From a virus: a stretch of DNA of 64,000 bases. Below, one piece after another: positions 18,471 to 28,577 of the stretch. Each line of letters begins with the position of its first letter. Position 1 is the first letter of the stretch. Under the pieces are notes generated by a model, which searched no databases, had not been told where the DNA came from, and saw only the letters and a list, made by a program, of their open reading frames with translations. The stretch is taken from IMG/VR virus record IMGVR_UViG_3300032893_000013, positions 32,001-96,000 of that record, one strand, 5' to 3'. The translations under genes and the position numbers were made by a program.

Positions 18471-20440
18471 TAGTGTTCATGCTCATCTTTCTTGCCTTCC
18501 AAAGATGCCATGATTGAATTCATGAGATCCTTGGACTCTTTGGAGAAGGCATCCATGATTTTCTTGCGAGAAATTTTATGGCGCTTCAACAATTCTTTAC
18601 GGGCCATCGGAAGAGCTTTTTCCGACTTGCCGAGAGCTTCGCCGAGTTGGGCCATTGCGCTGTCGAGATCCTGACCGCCGCTCAATTCCTGAGCCGCCTG
18701 CGATTGTGCATTTTGCTGCTGACCGCCGCCGCCTTGACCTTGCTGGACGCCCATTTGCATTTGCTTGAAGCTGAACCAAGCCTGATCGCCCATGTAGTAT
18801 GCCAAATCCGGATCTTTGTCCGCATTGGCGAATTCTTTTCCGCCAAAAGCCTTCAGGATCTGACCTTTGGTGAAATATTTCTCAATGACTTGCAAATATG
18901 CAGCATTCAATGGGAAGTCGCCGCCGAGAGGAACGTCTTTCTTTTCGACGCGCTCCATGATGTCGTTCATTGTCAGGAACAACGCTGAGTCTTGTTGCAG
19001 GCGGGTAGCTTCTTTTTCAGGACTGTCGGCGTCCAAACCTTCAAGGTTGATCTGAACGAGTTTTGCCCATTCCGGATTGATCTTGGGAAGTAGGCGAGTA
19101 TTAAGGAAATCTTCAATGCTCAAAAGAAGTGGGCGCAAACCGATGTCTCGGGCGGCCATCAACTTCCATTCATTGTTACTTTCAGACATGGACTGGCTAT
19201 TCGTGCCGCGAGAAAGGTACGAAAGAGCAGCAACTTCGTCCGGCGACATTTGGTAGGCGGCGAAGATCATCCGCTTGTTCAAATCTGCCAGGTATTGGAA
19301 TTCCATGTCGCGCTGAGTTGGATCAAGCTGAACGACATCAACCGCATCGTCTTTGCCCATGCCGAAAACCGGCATACGGAACGCGGCGTTTGCCGAATTG
19401 ATGTGGGCCATCATCTGCGACTTAATAGCCGTGATGTCATCTTCTTCAAGATTTTCAGACTTGAACACCAACATATTGCGCGTTGCGCGACCGTTGATGA
19501 AATACATCTTGTTGTGAGTGGTCAAGTTCAAATGCGTGGTGATCGAACTCAACATCCGTTCGATTGGCGAAACGGGATAGCCTGAACGCAGAATGTCGGT
19601 CGAAGGAGTATTCGTCCAATAAAGAAGTTCATCGTCAGTGAAAATTTGGCGAGGAATTTCTTCGATTACCTGAACGTATGTGTACTCATCGTCTTTGAAT
19701 CTGGTGATGTCAACTTCAAGACCTTGGAGTTGTTCAAGAACTTTTTGAGCGGCGATGCGGATATTCTCGGCTTCTTGGCCTTGGCCGCGCTGTGGAGTCG
19801 TGAAGTAAATGGTCCCTGCATCAATTGCGCGGAAACTATGGAACTTGCCGAGTTGATTTTTACGAACCTCGACCGAGAACGCGCCGAAGGTCAGCAAGTC
19901 TTCAATGATTTCAACGAAAGTCTGACTGAAATTGCGTTTTTCTTTGTCAGTTACTCCCTCATTGGTGCCGCAATTCAAAAGAATGTTGCGCAACTGAGGA
20001 ATGATTTCCTGCTTGATTTTCTCTTGCTCTGCCTCACTGTACTTTTCGATGATCTGAGGCAGAAGGTTGACTGTGAATCCAACGTCGAAACGATTGGCGC
20101 GAGGACGCGCAAACAAAGATCCTTGCTTTGCACGGATCGGAATGATGACGCCGCCGATCAATTCTTCGGTATCACGAATCCGCTTGAGGATTACGGGAGG
20201 AACCTGATTGGTTCTTCGGCGATAGACGGATGAATAAACCTGATCGGTTTTGATTGGATCGACTTCAAAAGCCAACTTGACGGCTTTAGAGTTTTGATCC
20301 TTCTTGAACTTCGTGAGAATCTCAAAAAGTTCTTTGTTCTCGCTGCCTTCGTCGCCGCCAAGCTCAATGCCAAAGAAACGCTTGTCGTTCACTTTGACAT
20401 TCTTGGGTGTGAGGGCAGCTTTTTGTTCGTTTTCGCTCAT
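18470..20440 (-). CDS. Portal protein
   Basis: DLLTFG, AIDAGTI, GYPVSPIE, NKMYFING, DMEFQ, PLLLSIEDFLN motifs; between TerL and the head genes. Confidence 0.92.
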   Translation of the reverse strand: MSENEQKAALTPKNVKVNDKRFFGIELGGDEGSENKELFEILTKFKKDQNSKAVKLAFEVDPIKTDQVYSSVYRRRTNQVPPVILKRIRDTEELIGGVIIPIRAKQGSLFARPRANRFDVGFTVNLLPQIIEKYSEAEQEKIKQEIIPQLRNILLNCGTNEGVTDKEKRNFSQTFVEIIEDLLTFGAFSVEVRKNQLGKFHSFRAIDAGTIYFTTPQRGQGQEAENIRIAAQKVLEQLQGLEVDITRFKDDEYTYVQVIEEIPRQIFTDDELLYWTNTPSTDILRSGYPVSPIERMLSSITTHLNLTTHNKMYFINGRATRNMLVFKSENLEEDDITAIKSQMMAHINSANAAFRMPVFGMGKDDAVDVVQLDPTQRDMEFQYLADLNKRMIFAAYQMSPDEVAALSYLSRGTNSQSMSESNNEWKLMAARDIGLRPLLLSIEDFLNTRLLPKINPEWAKLVQINLEGLDADSPEKEATRLQQDSALFLTMNDIMERVEKKDVPLGGDFPLNAAYLQVIEKYFTKGQILKAFGGKEFANADKDPDLAYYMGDQAWFSFKQMQMGVQQGQGGGGQQQNAQSQAAQELSGGQDLDSAMAQLGEALGKSEKALPMARKELLKRHKISRKKIMDAFSKESKDLMNSIMASLEGKKDEHEH

Positions 20441-20443
20441 AGA

Positions 20444-21418
20444 TTACTCTGCGCTCGAAACTGTGACCTGAAGAGGTTCCAGACTTAAATTGTTGATTGA
20501 CAGAGAGTAAACGGTTCCTTGCTTCAAGAATACGCCTGGACGCTCCGGATTGTCGGCTTCGACCGGCTCAACGACGTTGTTGTCGCTTACGTCCGAATTG
20601 CATCGAATGCTGCACTTTTGCTGGGCCTGAACCATCACAAATCTTTTGGCCGCGCTGTAAAAAATCAAACCGGAAGTTCCGGGCATGATTCCCGTCTCAA
20701 GCGGAAGTCCATTGGGAGCGGCGACTGCAATTTCAAAATATGTCGGAGTTACCTGAGTCACGTCATAAGTGCCCCAAGTGACCTGGCTGAATCCAGCGGC
20801 GATGATCGCTTTATCGCCAATCTGAATTTGATTGGAGTTTCCGCCGCCATTGCTGTACACGAAAAACTGCGTGAAATCGGCAACGGTTACGGTTTCTGCG
20901 GCGGCATTGAGATTCTGAACTGTCAAAGAATTTGAGGACTTGGCGATGATTGTGAACTGCCCACAGTTTGCCGGATTGAATCCGGAGCCGAGTCCAAGAA
21001 GAAGCTGATCGCCGACAACAACGTTGGTCGTGTCAAGTGCAGTTCCGCCAGTGTTGGTGATCGTCATGAGCGGGCCATTGACCGTGACAGAGAACTGAGA
21101 AGTGTTGTCAACTGCGGGAACACGGTCGGTCCTGAGAACCGGGGCCGTTCCGCCAGAATTCGTGAATCGGTAAACGTTTACGGAAGGATCTGGCTGGCTT
21201 ACGTCAAAAGCGGTCGTACCGTCGATTGCCGTCGTGCGCGTGCCATTGAAAATATTACGCACTTCGCCGGGAGCAATCGTGTAATCATTGGACTTTGGAA
21301 GATTTACGGCATTTCCAAGGAGCTTGATTGTGTAGTCGAAAGCCCGCATCAACGGGTTATTGGACGGTTTGTTGTCCTTATATGCAATTGCGTTGATTTG
21401 AAGGTTCAAAGTACCCAC
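20444..21418 (-). CDS. Putative virion structural protein (beta-rich)
   Basis: Gly/Thr/Asn-rich; between TerL and portal; AGGAG RBS. Confidence 0.7.
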   Translation of the reverse strand: MGTLNLQINAIAYKDNKPSNNPLMRAFDYTIKLLGNAVNLPKSNDYTIAPGEVRNIFNGTRTTAIDGTTAFDVSQPDPSVNVYRFTNSGGTAPVLRTDRVPAVDNTSQFSVTVNGPLMTITNTGGTALDTTNVVVGDQLLLGLGSGFNPANCGQFTIIAKSSNSLTVQNLNAAAETVTVADFTQFFVYSNGGGNSNQIQIGDKAIIAAGFSQVTWGTYDVTQVTPTYFEIAVAAPNGLPLETGIMPGTSGLIFYSAAKRFVMVQAQQKCSIRCNSDVSDNNVVEPVEADNPERPGVFLKQGTVYSLSINNLSLEPLQVTVSSAE

Positions 21419-21444
21419 GGGATTCTCCTAAAAGTCTGATGCCT

Positions 21445-21462
21445 CAAAATTAAGATTTCAGC
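21445..21462 (-). promoter_or_regulatory. Candidate late promoter (GCTGAAATCTTAATTTTG)
   Basis: Third copy of the AATC-N3-AT core, upstream of the portal operon. Confidence 0.5.
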
Positions 21463-21479
21463 ATATCTTATTGTTATCA

Positions 21480-23345
21480 TTAGTCAATTTCCCAAAAAAA
21501 CGTCTTCGATTTGGATGATTTCACGCCGCCCGACGCGCCCTGCACCTTCTGTTCCTGGTTGATTTGTTGCGTCAGCCAGTTGTCATATTGGGCTTGTACT
21601 TTTTTCTTATACTCATCAATCGGCTCTTTCTGTTTCTGGGGATCATTCAGCGGATCGACGCCGGTATTGGCAGTCACAATCGGTTTCGAGCGGTGCCATC
21701 GGTTCTGGGCCGGGTAAGAAAGAGCGTCGTGGGAATCGTCGAATTCCTTGACCGGCTTGTCGGTCAGCTTGCCGGAAGTGTCGTATGCGAAATGGTATTT
21801 TTCAAAGTTGTTGACCAACGAATCCACGCGGCCTTTCAGACCGTAGAGTTTCGTTCCGCCCGCACTTGGGCACATTTTATCGCGTATGAGCGCAATGCCT
21901 TCGGTTGGATTTTTGTTGAAGTCATCGCCAACATTGACAACTTTTGAAATCATCTTGTTCACGGCGGGCGATGCAGTATCTGGATAGAGATGCGTGAAGC
22001 GGTACTTTTCCTTCATTTCCTGAACAATCTGCACACACTCTGGCGGTTCCAGCCCAGATTCCTCATACGAGCACATGATGTAAACGTTGTTGGAAGAGTC
22101 CTCAAAGATCACCACAATCGCAAACGGGTGAGTGTATCCATGGTCAACTCCAGCGTAGCGTTTCACGCCAGCCTTTATCATTTCGCGGATCAAATCATCT
22201 TCTGTAATGTCGAAGCCAGGATCTTTGCCGGAGAAAACTGTGTACATTTCACGCGGAGTCTTCTCAAACTCATTGCGCTTGAATTTTGGATAAACGAGAT
22301 CCTCTGCGGACGGTTGGAGGCTCATGCGCTGAGAAAGAAACCAATCGAAGGGTGAACTTTTGAAGTCGCTGATCGTTGCTTTGACCGGCTTGAGCGTTTT
22401 GCACAGTGATGTTTGTTTTTTCAGATCGCCCGAACAGAGAGCCTTGAGAGGGCAAGTGTAGCATCCTTTTTTGGCCTCTACGCGCTCAAACTTTCCTTTT
22501 TCAAGATCATCGAGCTTCTCATATTCAGCTTCAAGAATGGCTTTGTTCTCAAAAGGATTGACGTACATCGTCAACGGCTCAGTTCCAGAAATCGAATCGG
22601 GGCATCGTTTGGTGTTTTCGAGTGCTGTCCAGAACTTGAAGACGGCGCCTGTTTTGTGACGCTCTTCATACTCAGTCTCGATGATGGTGTAGCGCCCTTT
22701 TCTAGAGGAAATGCCGAATTTCACCCACGGACGGCCAGTGTCTGGCGTGTAAATCGGGATACCCGCAATAGACGGATATGCGGCCAACTTGTTCGGAGCC
22801 AGAGACGCCAACTCGTCAATTGAAACGACAGGTTGGTGAGGCCCTTGGACTGAGGCTTCGGTAATTGGCAAGATTTCCACATCTACTTCATTCCCGGCCA
22901 CAATGAACGTGGTCTTGGAAATCTTCGGAACATCTTTGAGGTAATCAGAAATGTATGGCTTTCCTACAAACTTTTTGAAATACGAATAGGCACGATTAGC
23001 TTGATCTTCCGTTCCTCCAAGGTGAACAATACCTCGCCCAAAATGTAAAGGAAGGAGGACGGCCAGAACAGCAGACGAAAGTGTTTTTTGTGAGCCTCGA
23101 CCGGCAATATAGAATGTTGAGAGCGGCTCATCGGTTTCCTCATTTGCGCAGAATTGGTAAATGTCCCAGACCATATCCAAAGGAGTGCTCGTCGCGTAGC
23201 GCGAAACAATGCAATCTGCCAGATCGACTTGAAGATAGTGCATGAGCCAATACTTCAAGTCTTCCTTGCGATTGAATCTCTGGCGGACCAGAGCTTTGCT
23301 AAATTCGTGACGCTCTTGAGGCGTCAGTTCGTTTATGTCACTCAT
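21480..23345 (-). CDS. terL: Terminase large subunit
   Basis: AGRGSQKT Walker A, SIDEL Walker B, GVDHGYTHP and DDSHDALSY RNase H-like nuclease motifs. Confidence 0.93.
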   Translation of the reverse strand: MSDINELTPQERHEFSKALVRQRFNRKEDLKYWLMHYLQVDLADCIVSRYATSTPLDMVWDIYQFCANEETDEPLSTFYIAGRGSQKTLSSAVLAVLLPLHFGRGIVHLGGTEDQANRAYSYFKKFVGKPYISDYLKDVPKISKTTFIVAGNEVDVEILPITEASVQGPHQPVVSIDELASLAPNKLAAYPSIAGIPIYTPDTGRPWVKFGISSRKGRYTIIETEYEERHKTGAVFKFWTALENTKRCPDSISGTEPLTMYVNPFENKAILEAEYEKLDDLEKGKFERVEAKKGCYTCPLKALCSGDLKKQTSLCKTLKPVKATISDFKSSPFDWFLSQRMSLQPSAEDLVYPKFKRNEFEKTPREMYTVFSGKDPGFDITEDDLIREMIKAGVKRYAGVDHGYTHPFAIVVIFEDSSNNVYIMCSYEESGLEPPECVQIVQEMKEKYRFTHLYPDTASPAVNKMISKVVNVGDDFNKNPTEGIALIRDKMCPSAGGTKLYGLKGRVDSLVNNFEKYHFAYDTSGKLTDKPVKEFDDSHDALSYPAQNRWHRSKPIVTANTGVDPLNDPQKQKEPIDEYKKKVQAQYDNWLTQQINQEQKVQGASGGVKSSKSKTFFWEID

Positions 23346-24024
23346 CGTCTTTCTTGTCTGTCTTCGCTTCGGATAATGCCAGCTTCTTCAGCATTTTGGA
23401 CTGAAGTTCAGGATTTATAATCGTAACCGGCTGATTTGACTCAACCACAACTTTGGACTCAGAGCGGATGTTGTGGTTGGACACTCGATCTTCTCCGGTG
23501 ATCTTTTGAATGGTTTCAACCATAGCCTTGTACGCCGTTGGAGTGTTGAGCCAGTGATCGGGCTTGTCTTCTTCTTTGCCAGTCTGAATGTATCGCTTCG
23601 CCTTTTCGTTGAAATCTTTGTGGGCCACGGACATTTGGTTCATGGTGAATTCAAGCATTTCCAGCTTCATCTTGGCCAATCGGGCGCCCATCTGAACCTG
23701 AAGATTGTAGACGTATTCGTCGCGGGCCTGATCCCACTTGTACTTTTTTCGCAAATAGAGAACATCGCCCTCTCGAACTTTCAGGTGAGAATTGACCTTG
23801 GCAATGTGCTCACATGAATAGCCTTCAAGGAAAAGTTGGTACATTTGCGCGGCCACACTAGGGGAAAGAGGAATGACGCCGGTCGTTTCGACTTTTTTCA
23901 GCGACTCCTGCTCTTTTGGAGTCAGAAGCGATGTGATGTCATCGGGTTTTGCTGCGGGAACCGGCTTATTGTCACCAATTTCCGTTACATCCCTAGTTGG
24001 ATTTTTGTTCGACGTGTCTTCCAT
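23338..24024 (-). CDS. Putative terminase small subunit
   Basis: HTH-like N-terminal region plus helices; overlaps the terL start. Confidence 0.55.
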   Translation of the reverse strand: MEDTSNKNPTRDVTEIGDNKPVPAAKPDDITSLLTPKEQESLKKVETTGVIPLSPSVAAQMYQLFLEGYSCEHIAKVNSHLKVREGDVLYLRKKYKWDQARDEYVYNLQVQMGARLAKMKLEMLEFTMNQMSVAHKDFNEKAKRYIQTGKEEDKPDHWLNTPTAYKAMVETIQKITGEDRVSNHNIRSESKVVVESNQPVTIINPELQSKMLKKLALSEAKTDKKDDE

Positions 24025-24412
24025 CTATCATCACCTTTATTTTTGTATCGTCGCCCCAAAGAAGCTCACGAGTCCAGGTATTCAAATTGATCGTTGCCAA
24101 CGCGACTTCATCGAGATACTTCTTCTTGGAAGTCAGCATGTTCAGCTTGATCGACCACTTATTGCGAGGCGACAACTTTTTCTCTTTATTGCGCTTCCAA
24201 TAACCGCTGGTGTAAATCTGATACGAGACGCTCTTGTTGTCCGCATCAATCTCAACCGTTCCGTCAAGTGCTGTCTTGCAGCACGCGACCAAATAGCACT
24301 CAAGCTGTCGAATGTGAAACTCATGTAGGATGCCATAATTCCTGAGAAGCAACTTTGCTATCAGGAGTTGGCGTTTCCAAGATTTGGTATTAGAGTCTGA
24401 AGTTTGGTCCAT
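23993..24412 (-). CDS. Hypothetical protein
   Basis: Fills the operon, overlapping both neighbours. Confidence 0.65.
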   Translation of the reverse strand: MDQTSDSNTKSWKRQLLIAKLLLRNYGILHEFHIRQLECYLVACCKTALDGTVEIDADNKSVSYQIYTSGYWKRNKEKKLSPRNKWSIKLNMLTSKKKYLDEVALATINLNTWTRELLWGDDTKIKVMIDGRHVEQKSN

Positions 24413-25419
24413 ATCTTAGCTTTCGTTTGATCGTCTGCATCGTAAACCTTGTGGACGTACTGATGCAATGATTTGTTGACGCTGCCGCCTTCTGCTTCGA
24501 TGTCGATTTTCTTTCTGATGTCTTTCCGTATGTCCGGTATGAACTTCACACGTTCGGTGAGATGACCATACAGGGCCAAGGTTTCTCGGTAAAACTCTTC
24601 TGATCCGTGAACACAAATCCGCACATCATCTTTCGGATTCCATTTACTTTCATCAACCGGCAAATGCTCTTTGCCTTCTTCGATGTCATAACGTATGAAC
24701 GACTTCACAAGGCCGTTGGTCGAATACTTCATCCACTGATCGTTTTGGTTATCGTAGACAAAAATCCCTTTGTTCTCGTTATATTCTGTTGGAAGGAGTG
24801 CTCTCGGAGTTCCTGGATAGTAAACATTACCAACACGCTGCTCCATATGGATGTGACCAGAAATAATTCTACGCTGGGGCAAACGACGTTGATCGACGCC
24901 TCCTGGAGCAAGGCTTTTATTTTCATAGTAAGCTCCCTCAACAGTTTGATGACAGACTAAAATTTTGTCTGCGTTTTGTTGGCAAGTTTGGACAAACTTC
25001 TCATTATCACCAATGAACGGAACCATGAAATAAGGACCGTCCACCATTCCCTTTTCAGTATCATCAACGACATGAACGGAAGGGATGCCATCGAATACAA
25101 GGCGAACAGCATTCTTCTCGACAGAGTGTGGAGAAGAGCCGTCATGATTGCCTGCCATCAAAAATGGCTGTCGCGCAGTTCGCTGGAAAATCTCAAGCAT
25201 TTTGTCACGCACAAAATATGCTGTCTCTTGGCGCACAACAGAGTGAGTATGGAAAATATCACCAAGGAAAATGATGCGATGGACAGAAGGATTTTCTTCT
25301 GCCGTCTTCGCAACTAAATCGAGTATCAGGCCCGTGTCTTCCATGTTAGACGGCATTGCGTGCAAGTCGCCGACAAAGAGAGTATAGCCATTGTTTGCAA
25401 AATCTAAATTATTGTCCAT
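24361..25419 (-). CDS. sbcD: Mre11/SbcD-like nuclease
   Basis: GDLH, LGDIFH, GNHD, SGHIH and YPGTP motifs. Confidence 0.88.
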   Translation of the reverse strand: MDNNLDFANNGYTLFVGDLHAMPSNMEDTGLILDLVAKTAEENPSVHRIIFLGDIFHTHSVVRQETAYFVRDKMLEIFQRTARQPFLMAGNHDGSSPHSVEKNAVRLVFDGIPSVHVVDDTEKGMVDGPYFMVPFIGDNEKFVQTCQQNADKILVCHQTVEGAYYENKSLAPGGVDQRRLPQRRIISGHIHMEQRVGNVYYPGTPRALLPTEYNENKGIFVYDNQNDQWMKYSTNGLVKSFIRYDIEEGKEHLPVDESKWNPKDDVRICVHGSEEFYRETLALYGHLTERVKFIPDIRKDIRKKIDIEAEGGSVNKSLHQYVHKVYDADDQTKAKIWTKLQTLIPNLGNANS

Positions 25420-25744
25420 TTGAACTCAACGGAAGTGCTTCAGGTCGGCCATCGGCTGTTTTGTTTTTTCTCGGGCGCTTGTGGAACACCGGAAGTTCTT
25501 CGTGCATCAAAATGAAGGTCACGTCACCAAGTTGCAACTTTTGAGTTGCCTGCGGCAAACGCATCACATCCGCACGGAAATACAAAATATCGCCCTTCTT
25601 AAAGCGTTCGGAGTCGAACAAAACTTCTGTCTCGATCAATTTCGTGACCGTCACGTCAGTCAAGTCAAGACCTTTCACGCGCTGACGTTCTTCGGTGTCT
25701 TTTTTGAACGGCGCAACGGCGACCTGCTTATTCATCGTTTCCAT
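25409..25744 (-). CDS. Candidate divergent GroES-like co-chaperonin
   Basis: Pattern TMNKQVAVAP / GLDL / FKKGDILYF / LGDVTFILMHEE parallels the GroES consensus; the phage encodes GroEL. Confidence 0.5.
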   Translation of the reverse strand: METMNKQVAVAPFKKDTEERQRVKGLDLTDVTVTKLIETEVLFDSERFKKGDILYFRADVMRLPQATQKLQLGDVTFILMHEELPVFHKRPRKNKTADGRPEALPLSSNGQ

Positions 25745-26744
25745 CAATTTTGATCCCTTTCAATCGTAAAACTTTTCTTTCAATCAAGGATAATACACCA
25801 AAACTTTTCTGAAGTACATCCAAAGTGTCATCGTCCTCAACGGCCTGGTATCCGTCCATGCCATCAGTCGGGGCTACGAACGTATCTACCAGTCGGGTGT
25901 CGGAGTCTTCCGAAATGGTATCATCAAGCGATGAGTAGGAAGTGGCGGCGAGTAAATCATTCACTTCTTCTTCAGCGATGTCCAAAGCCTGAGCCACATC
26001 TCTGTTTTGCATATTCGGATTTTTTTGTAACATTTTCCGAATCTGATAGAGTTTTTTCTTGGCGTGTTCACCAACCGTAGCAGATGAAATGGTCGATCCG
26101 TTGCTTATGAGATTGCTGATGATTCTTCCAATAGCCATAGCGTGGAAGCTGGAGGCTTCTTCGTCCATCACATATTTGTCCACAGCCACAACAAGTGCTT
26201 CATTGGCAAGTTGGATCAAGTCCTCAAACTCAGACGCTCCAGCGGCCCAAGACTTCTTGAAAATTCCAGCTTTATGAAGCGAAAGGTACAAATGCTTGTT
26301 GATGATTTCTTCGCGCAATTCCTTGATCTCTGAGAAAAGTTTACTCAAAGTCTCGCGGAACGTCGGCTTCTTGTCTTTCTTCTCTTCCTTGCCCTCAAGA
26401 CACTGGATGGCAAAAAGGCAGAATCGGTAATTTATCGGGACCGGATACATGAGCTTTGGCTGAACGTCTCGTATAGCCTTGTTCACCGTGTCGAGGTACG
26501 AATCCTGCCGAGCGCGGAAATATGACTTGGCAACTTTGATGCCGCCCTGCGACCGGGAAATTTTCTGAATGAATTCCAGATATACCTTGCGGCCCGCCGC
26601 CGTAGATTGTAACTTTTTCGCAAAAAGCTGTTCGCGCTCATAGAGTCTTCCGAAAACTTCCAGGATGTCCTCATCCGAAAGATTCTTGAGGGCACCGTTG
26701 ATGTCCTCCAGGTAGACTTTTACGAGATCCGCGAATTCGTTCAT
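25728..26744 (-). CDS. Phage sigma70-family RNA polymerase sigma factor
   Basis: FEDLIQLANEALVVAVDKY (region 2), VAQALDIAEEEV...SSLDD (region 3), LSLIERKVLRL (start of region 4, then ends). Confidence 0.88.
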   Translation of the reverse strand: MNEFADLVKVYLEDINGALKNLSDEDILEVFGRLYEREQLFAKKLQSTAAGRKVYLEFIQKISRSQGGIKVAKSYFRARQDSYLDTVNKAIRDVQPKLMYPVPINYRFCLFAIQCLEGKEEKKDKKPTFRETLSKLFSEIKELREEIINKHLYLSLHKAGIFKKSWAAGASEFEDLIQLANEALVVAVDKYVMDEEASSFHAMAIGRIISNLISNGSTISSATVGEHAKKKLYQIRKMLQKNPNMQNRDVAQALDIAEEEVNDLLAATSYSSLDDTISEDSDTRLVDTFVAPTDGMDGYQAVEDDDTLDVLQKSFGVLSLIERKVLRLKGIKIDGNDE

Positions 26745-28183
26745 GTTCTGTATTCCAAAATTTGGACCGGCCCAACTTCTTTGAGCAGCTTGATCCTGGC
26801 ATTACCATGCCTCTTGAGCATAGGGACGTTGTTGACACGGAAATCAACCAGCTTACACTCAGTCTTTCCGGTTTCTTTGTCGATGCGAGTGCTCCTGCCT
26901 ATGACGCCTTGCTTGAATTTCGTTTCTGCCTTGCCGCCCTGCCAATTTATGGTGAGACGAACGGGCTTGAAGTTCGTGCCAGTTGATACAGCCGAAGTTC
27001 CAACGACGCACATAATCTTGCCAGCGTTGAAGTCTTGACAAATCTGGTCCGTGTCGGCGCCGCCGCGTGCGTAGGCATAGACGGGACCGATTCGATTGCG
27101 GAGCGCCAGTTCTTGTTCGTGCTCATCAATCAGAATCAGCGTCGGAAGACCTTGAGCTAGAGCGTCGGGAACCATCTGAGCAATGATGTCAAGGATGAAG
27201 TTGTTGCGATAAAAGTGGCTTTGATTCATCTTCACGGTGTTGTTACTGTTGGTGTACGCCGAATATGAAGGAACGTCGAACACGAGGGTATTGAGCTTTG
27301 CCAGATAGCCCTTTTCTTGACCTTCTTGAATCGTCATCGAATAAACGTTCTTGCCAATAATTCCCTCAAGCAAAAGATCCTTGCCATCATTTCGTTCCTG
27401 AGTCGCAGAGAGAAACCAGCGGTACGGGCAGTGCCCGAGAACACTGTGGCAAAAATAGTTAAATTGATTTGCGGGAAGCGTGTGTGATTCATCGCTGATG
27501 AAAACTTGGTACTTCTTGAATTTGTCGAGCTTTTCTTCATCTTTCACGAGAGCCAAGCTCTTGCCGACACAAACGAGTATGTCCTTGCCAATTTCTTTTT
27601 TGCTTCCGCCAAACATGCCGACTTTGCGCTTGCCGAAATACCGACACAAGTCGTTGTACATTGACTTTGCCAAGCCAATCGTAGGAGTAGAGATGATCGT
27701 CGGCAGTCCCGTTGCCTTCACCAGCAAAACAGCGATGTGACTTTTCCCAAGTCCAGTCGCAATTTCGACGTGCGAATGCGGACTGTTCAGCATTCCCTCT
27801 ACCGCTTTGTCTTGATAGTCATAGGGATCAAAGTCTGGAATACGATCCCACGGAATCAACTGAAAGTCCGGGTAGTAAACTTGATTTTCAAATTCGACCT
27901 GAAACTCTCGTTGCAATCGAGACAAAACTCCGGGCAGCGTGTAATAGCCCTCTTCATCTTCGTAGAGAAGAGACTTGTACAGTTCTTCCTCCAGATCGGC
28001 AAGCATCTCGTGGAAGCGTTCTTTGCCGTACTGCTTGATGTAAAATGGATTTTTCTTCAGGCGACGGATTTTCTCATCTACCGTAGCGTCTCGGTACTTC
28101 AGAACATTCTGAAGAGTCATGACTTCAGCTTCAGAAGCGTTTTGGATTCTAAGTTTTACTGGCGTTTGAAGAATCAGTTTCAT
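26741..28183 (-). CDS. SF2 DNA helicase (UvsW-like)
   Basis: YDYQ Q-motif, ATGLGKS, SDESH, SAT, IGRSTR. Confidence 0.88.
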   Translation of the reverse strand: MKLILQTPVKLRIQNASEAEVMTLQNVLKYRDATVDEKIRRLKKNPFYIKQYGKERFHEMLADLEEELYKSLLYEDEEGYYTLPGVLSRLQREFQVEFENQVYYPDFQLIPWDRIPDFDPYDYQDKAVEGMLNSPHSHVEIATGLGKSHIAVLLVKATGLPTIISTPTIGLAKSMYNDLCRYFGKRKVGMFGGSKKEIGKDILVCVGKSLALVKDEEKLDKFKKYQVFISDESHTLPANQFNYFCHSVLGHCPYRWFLSATQERNDGKDLLLEGIIGKNVYSMTIQEGQEKGYLAKLNTLVFDVPSYSAYTNSNNTVKMNQSHFYRNNFILDIIAQMVPDALAQGLPTLILIDEHEQELALRNRIGPVYAYARGGADTDQICQDFNAGKIMCVVGTSAVSTGTNFKPVRLTINWQGGKAETKFKQGVIGRSTRIDKETGKTECKLVDFRVNNVPMLKRHGNARIKLLKEVGPVQILEYRT

Positions 28184-28370
28184 TTTCAGGTTCCCAAAAG
28201 TGGTCGGAAAATTTTTGTCCGGCGACAGAATATTCCGCTCGTGGAGGAATCATGCCTGCCTCTTGAATTGCTTTCAGAATTTCATTAGGCCAATGGTCAC
28301 TCAATAAAACGACATCATCCATCTGAAGCAAAACGTCTTTGATTTTTTTCAGCATTTCACTTCGCTTCAT
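28149..28370 (-). CDS. Hypothetical protein
   Basis: Overlaps the helicase start; phage-like small protein. Confidence 0.7.
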   Translation of the reverse strand: MKRSEMLKKIKDVLLQMDDVVLLSDHWPNEILKAIQEAGMIPPRAEYSVAGQKFSDHFWEPENETDSSNASKT

Positions 28371-28483
28371 CGAGACGTGACTCTCATCAAAAAAAGAAGG
28401 CCGAGGAGTATTGCAACTTCGGCGATTACTGGATTGGCTGATAGCAAAAAGTACGCCTGCCAGAGAAGATGTCTAATTTTCAT
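28367..28483 (-). CDS. Small membrane protein (about 38 aa, absent from the ORF track)
   Basis: MKIRHLLWQAYFLLSANPVIAEVAILLGLLFL...; GAGG RBS, follows the promoter. Confidence 0.5.
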   Translation of the reverse strand: MKIRHLLWQAYFLLSANPVIAEVAILLGLLFLMRVTSR

Positions 28484-28502
28484 GGGATAGCCTCTGTTGC
28501 CC

Positions 28503-28571
28503 ATACTAGCGTCTCAAAATGGGATTGTCAAGCGGAAATCAATTGACCTGTGTACTTTTTTGGGACATACT
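28503..28571. promoter_or_regulatory. Divergent sigma70 promoters at the main strand switch
   Basis: Minus: TTGACA-N17-TAGTAT. Plus: TTGACC-N17-CATACT, ending 6 nt before ATG 28578. Confidence 0.75.
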
Positions 28572-28577
28572 CAGGCA

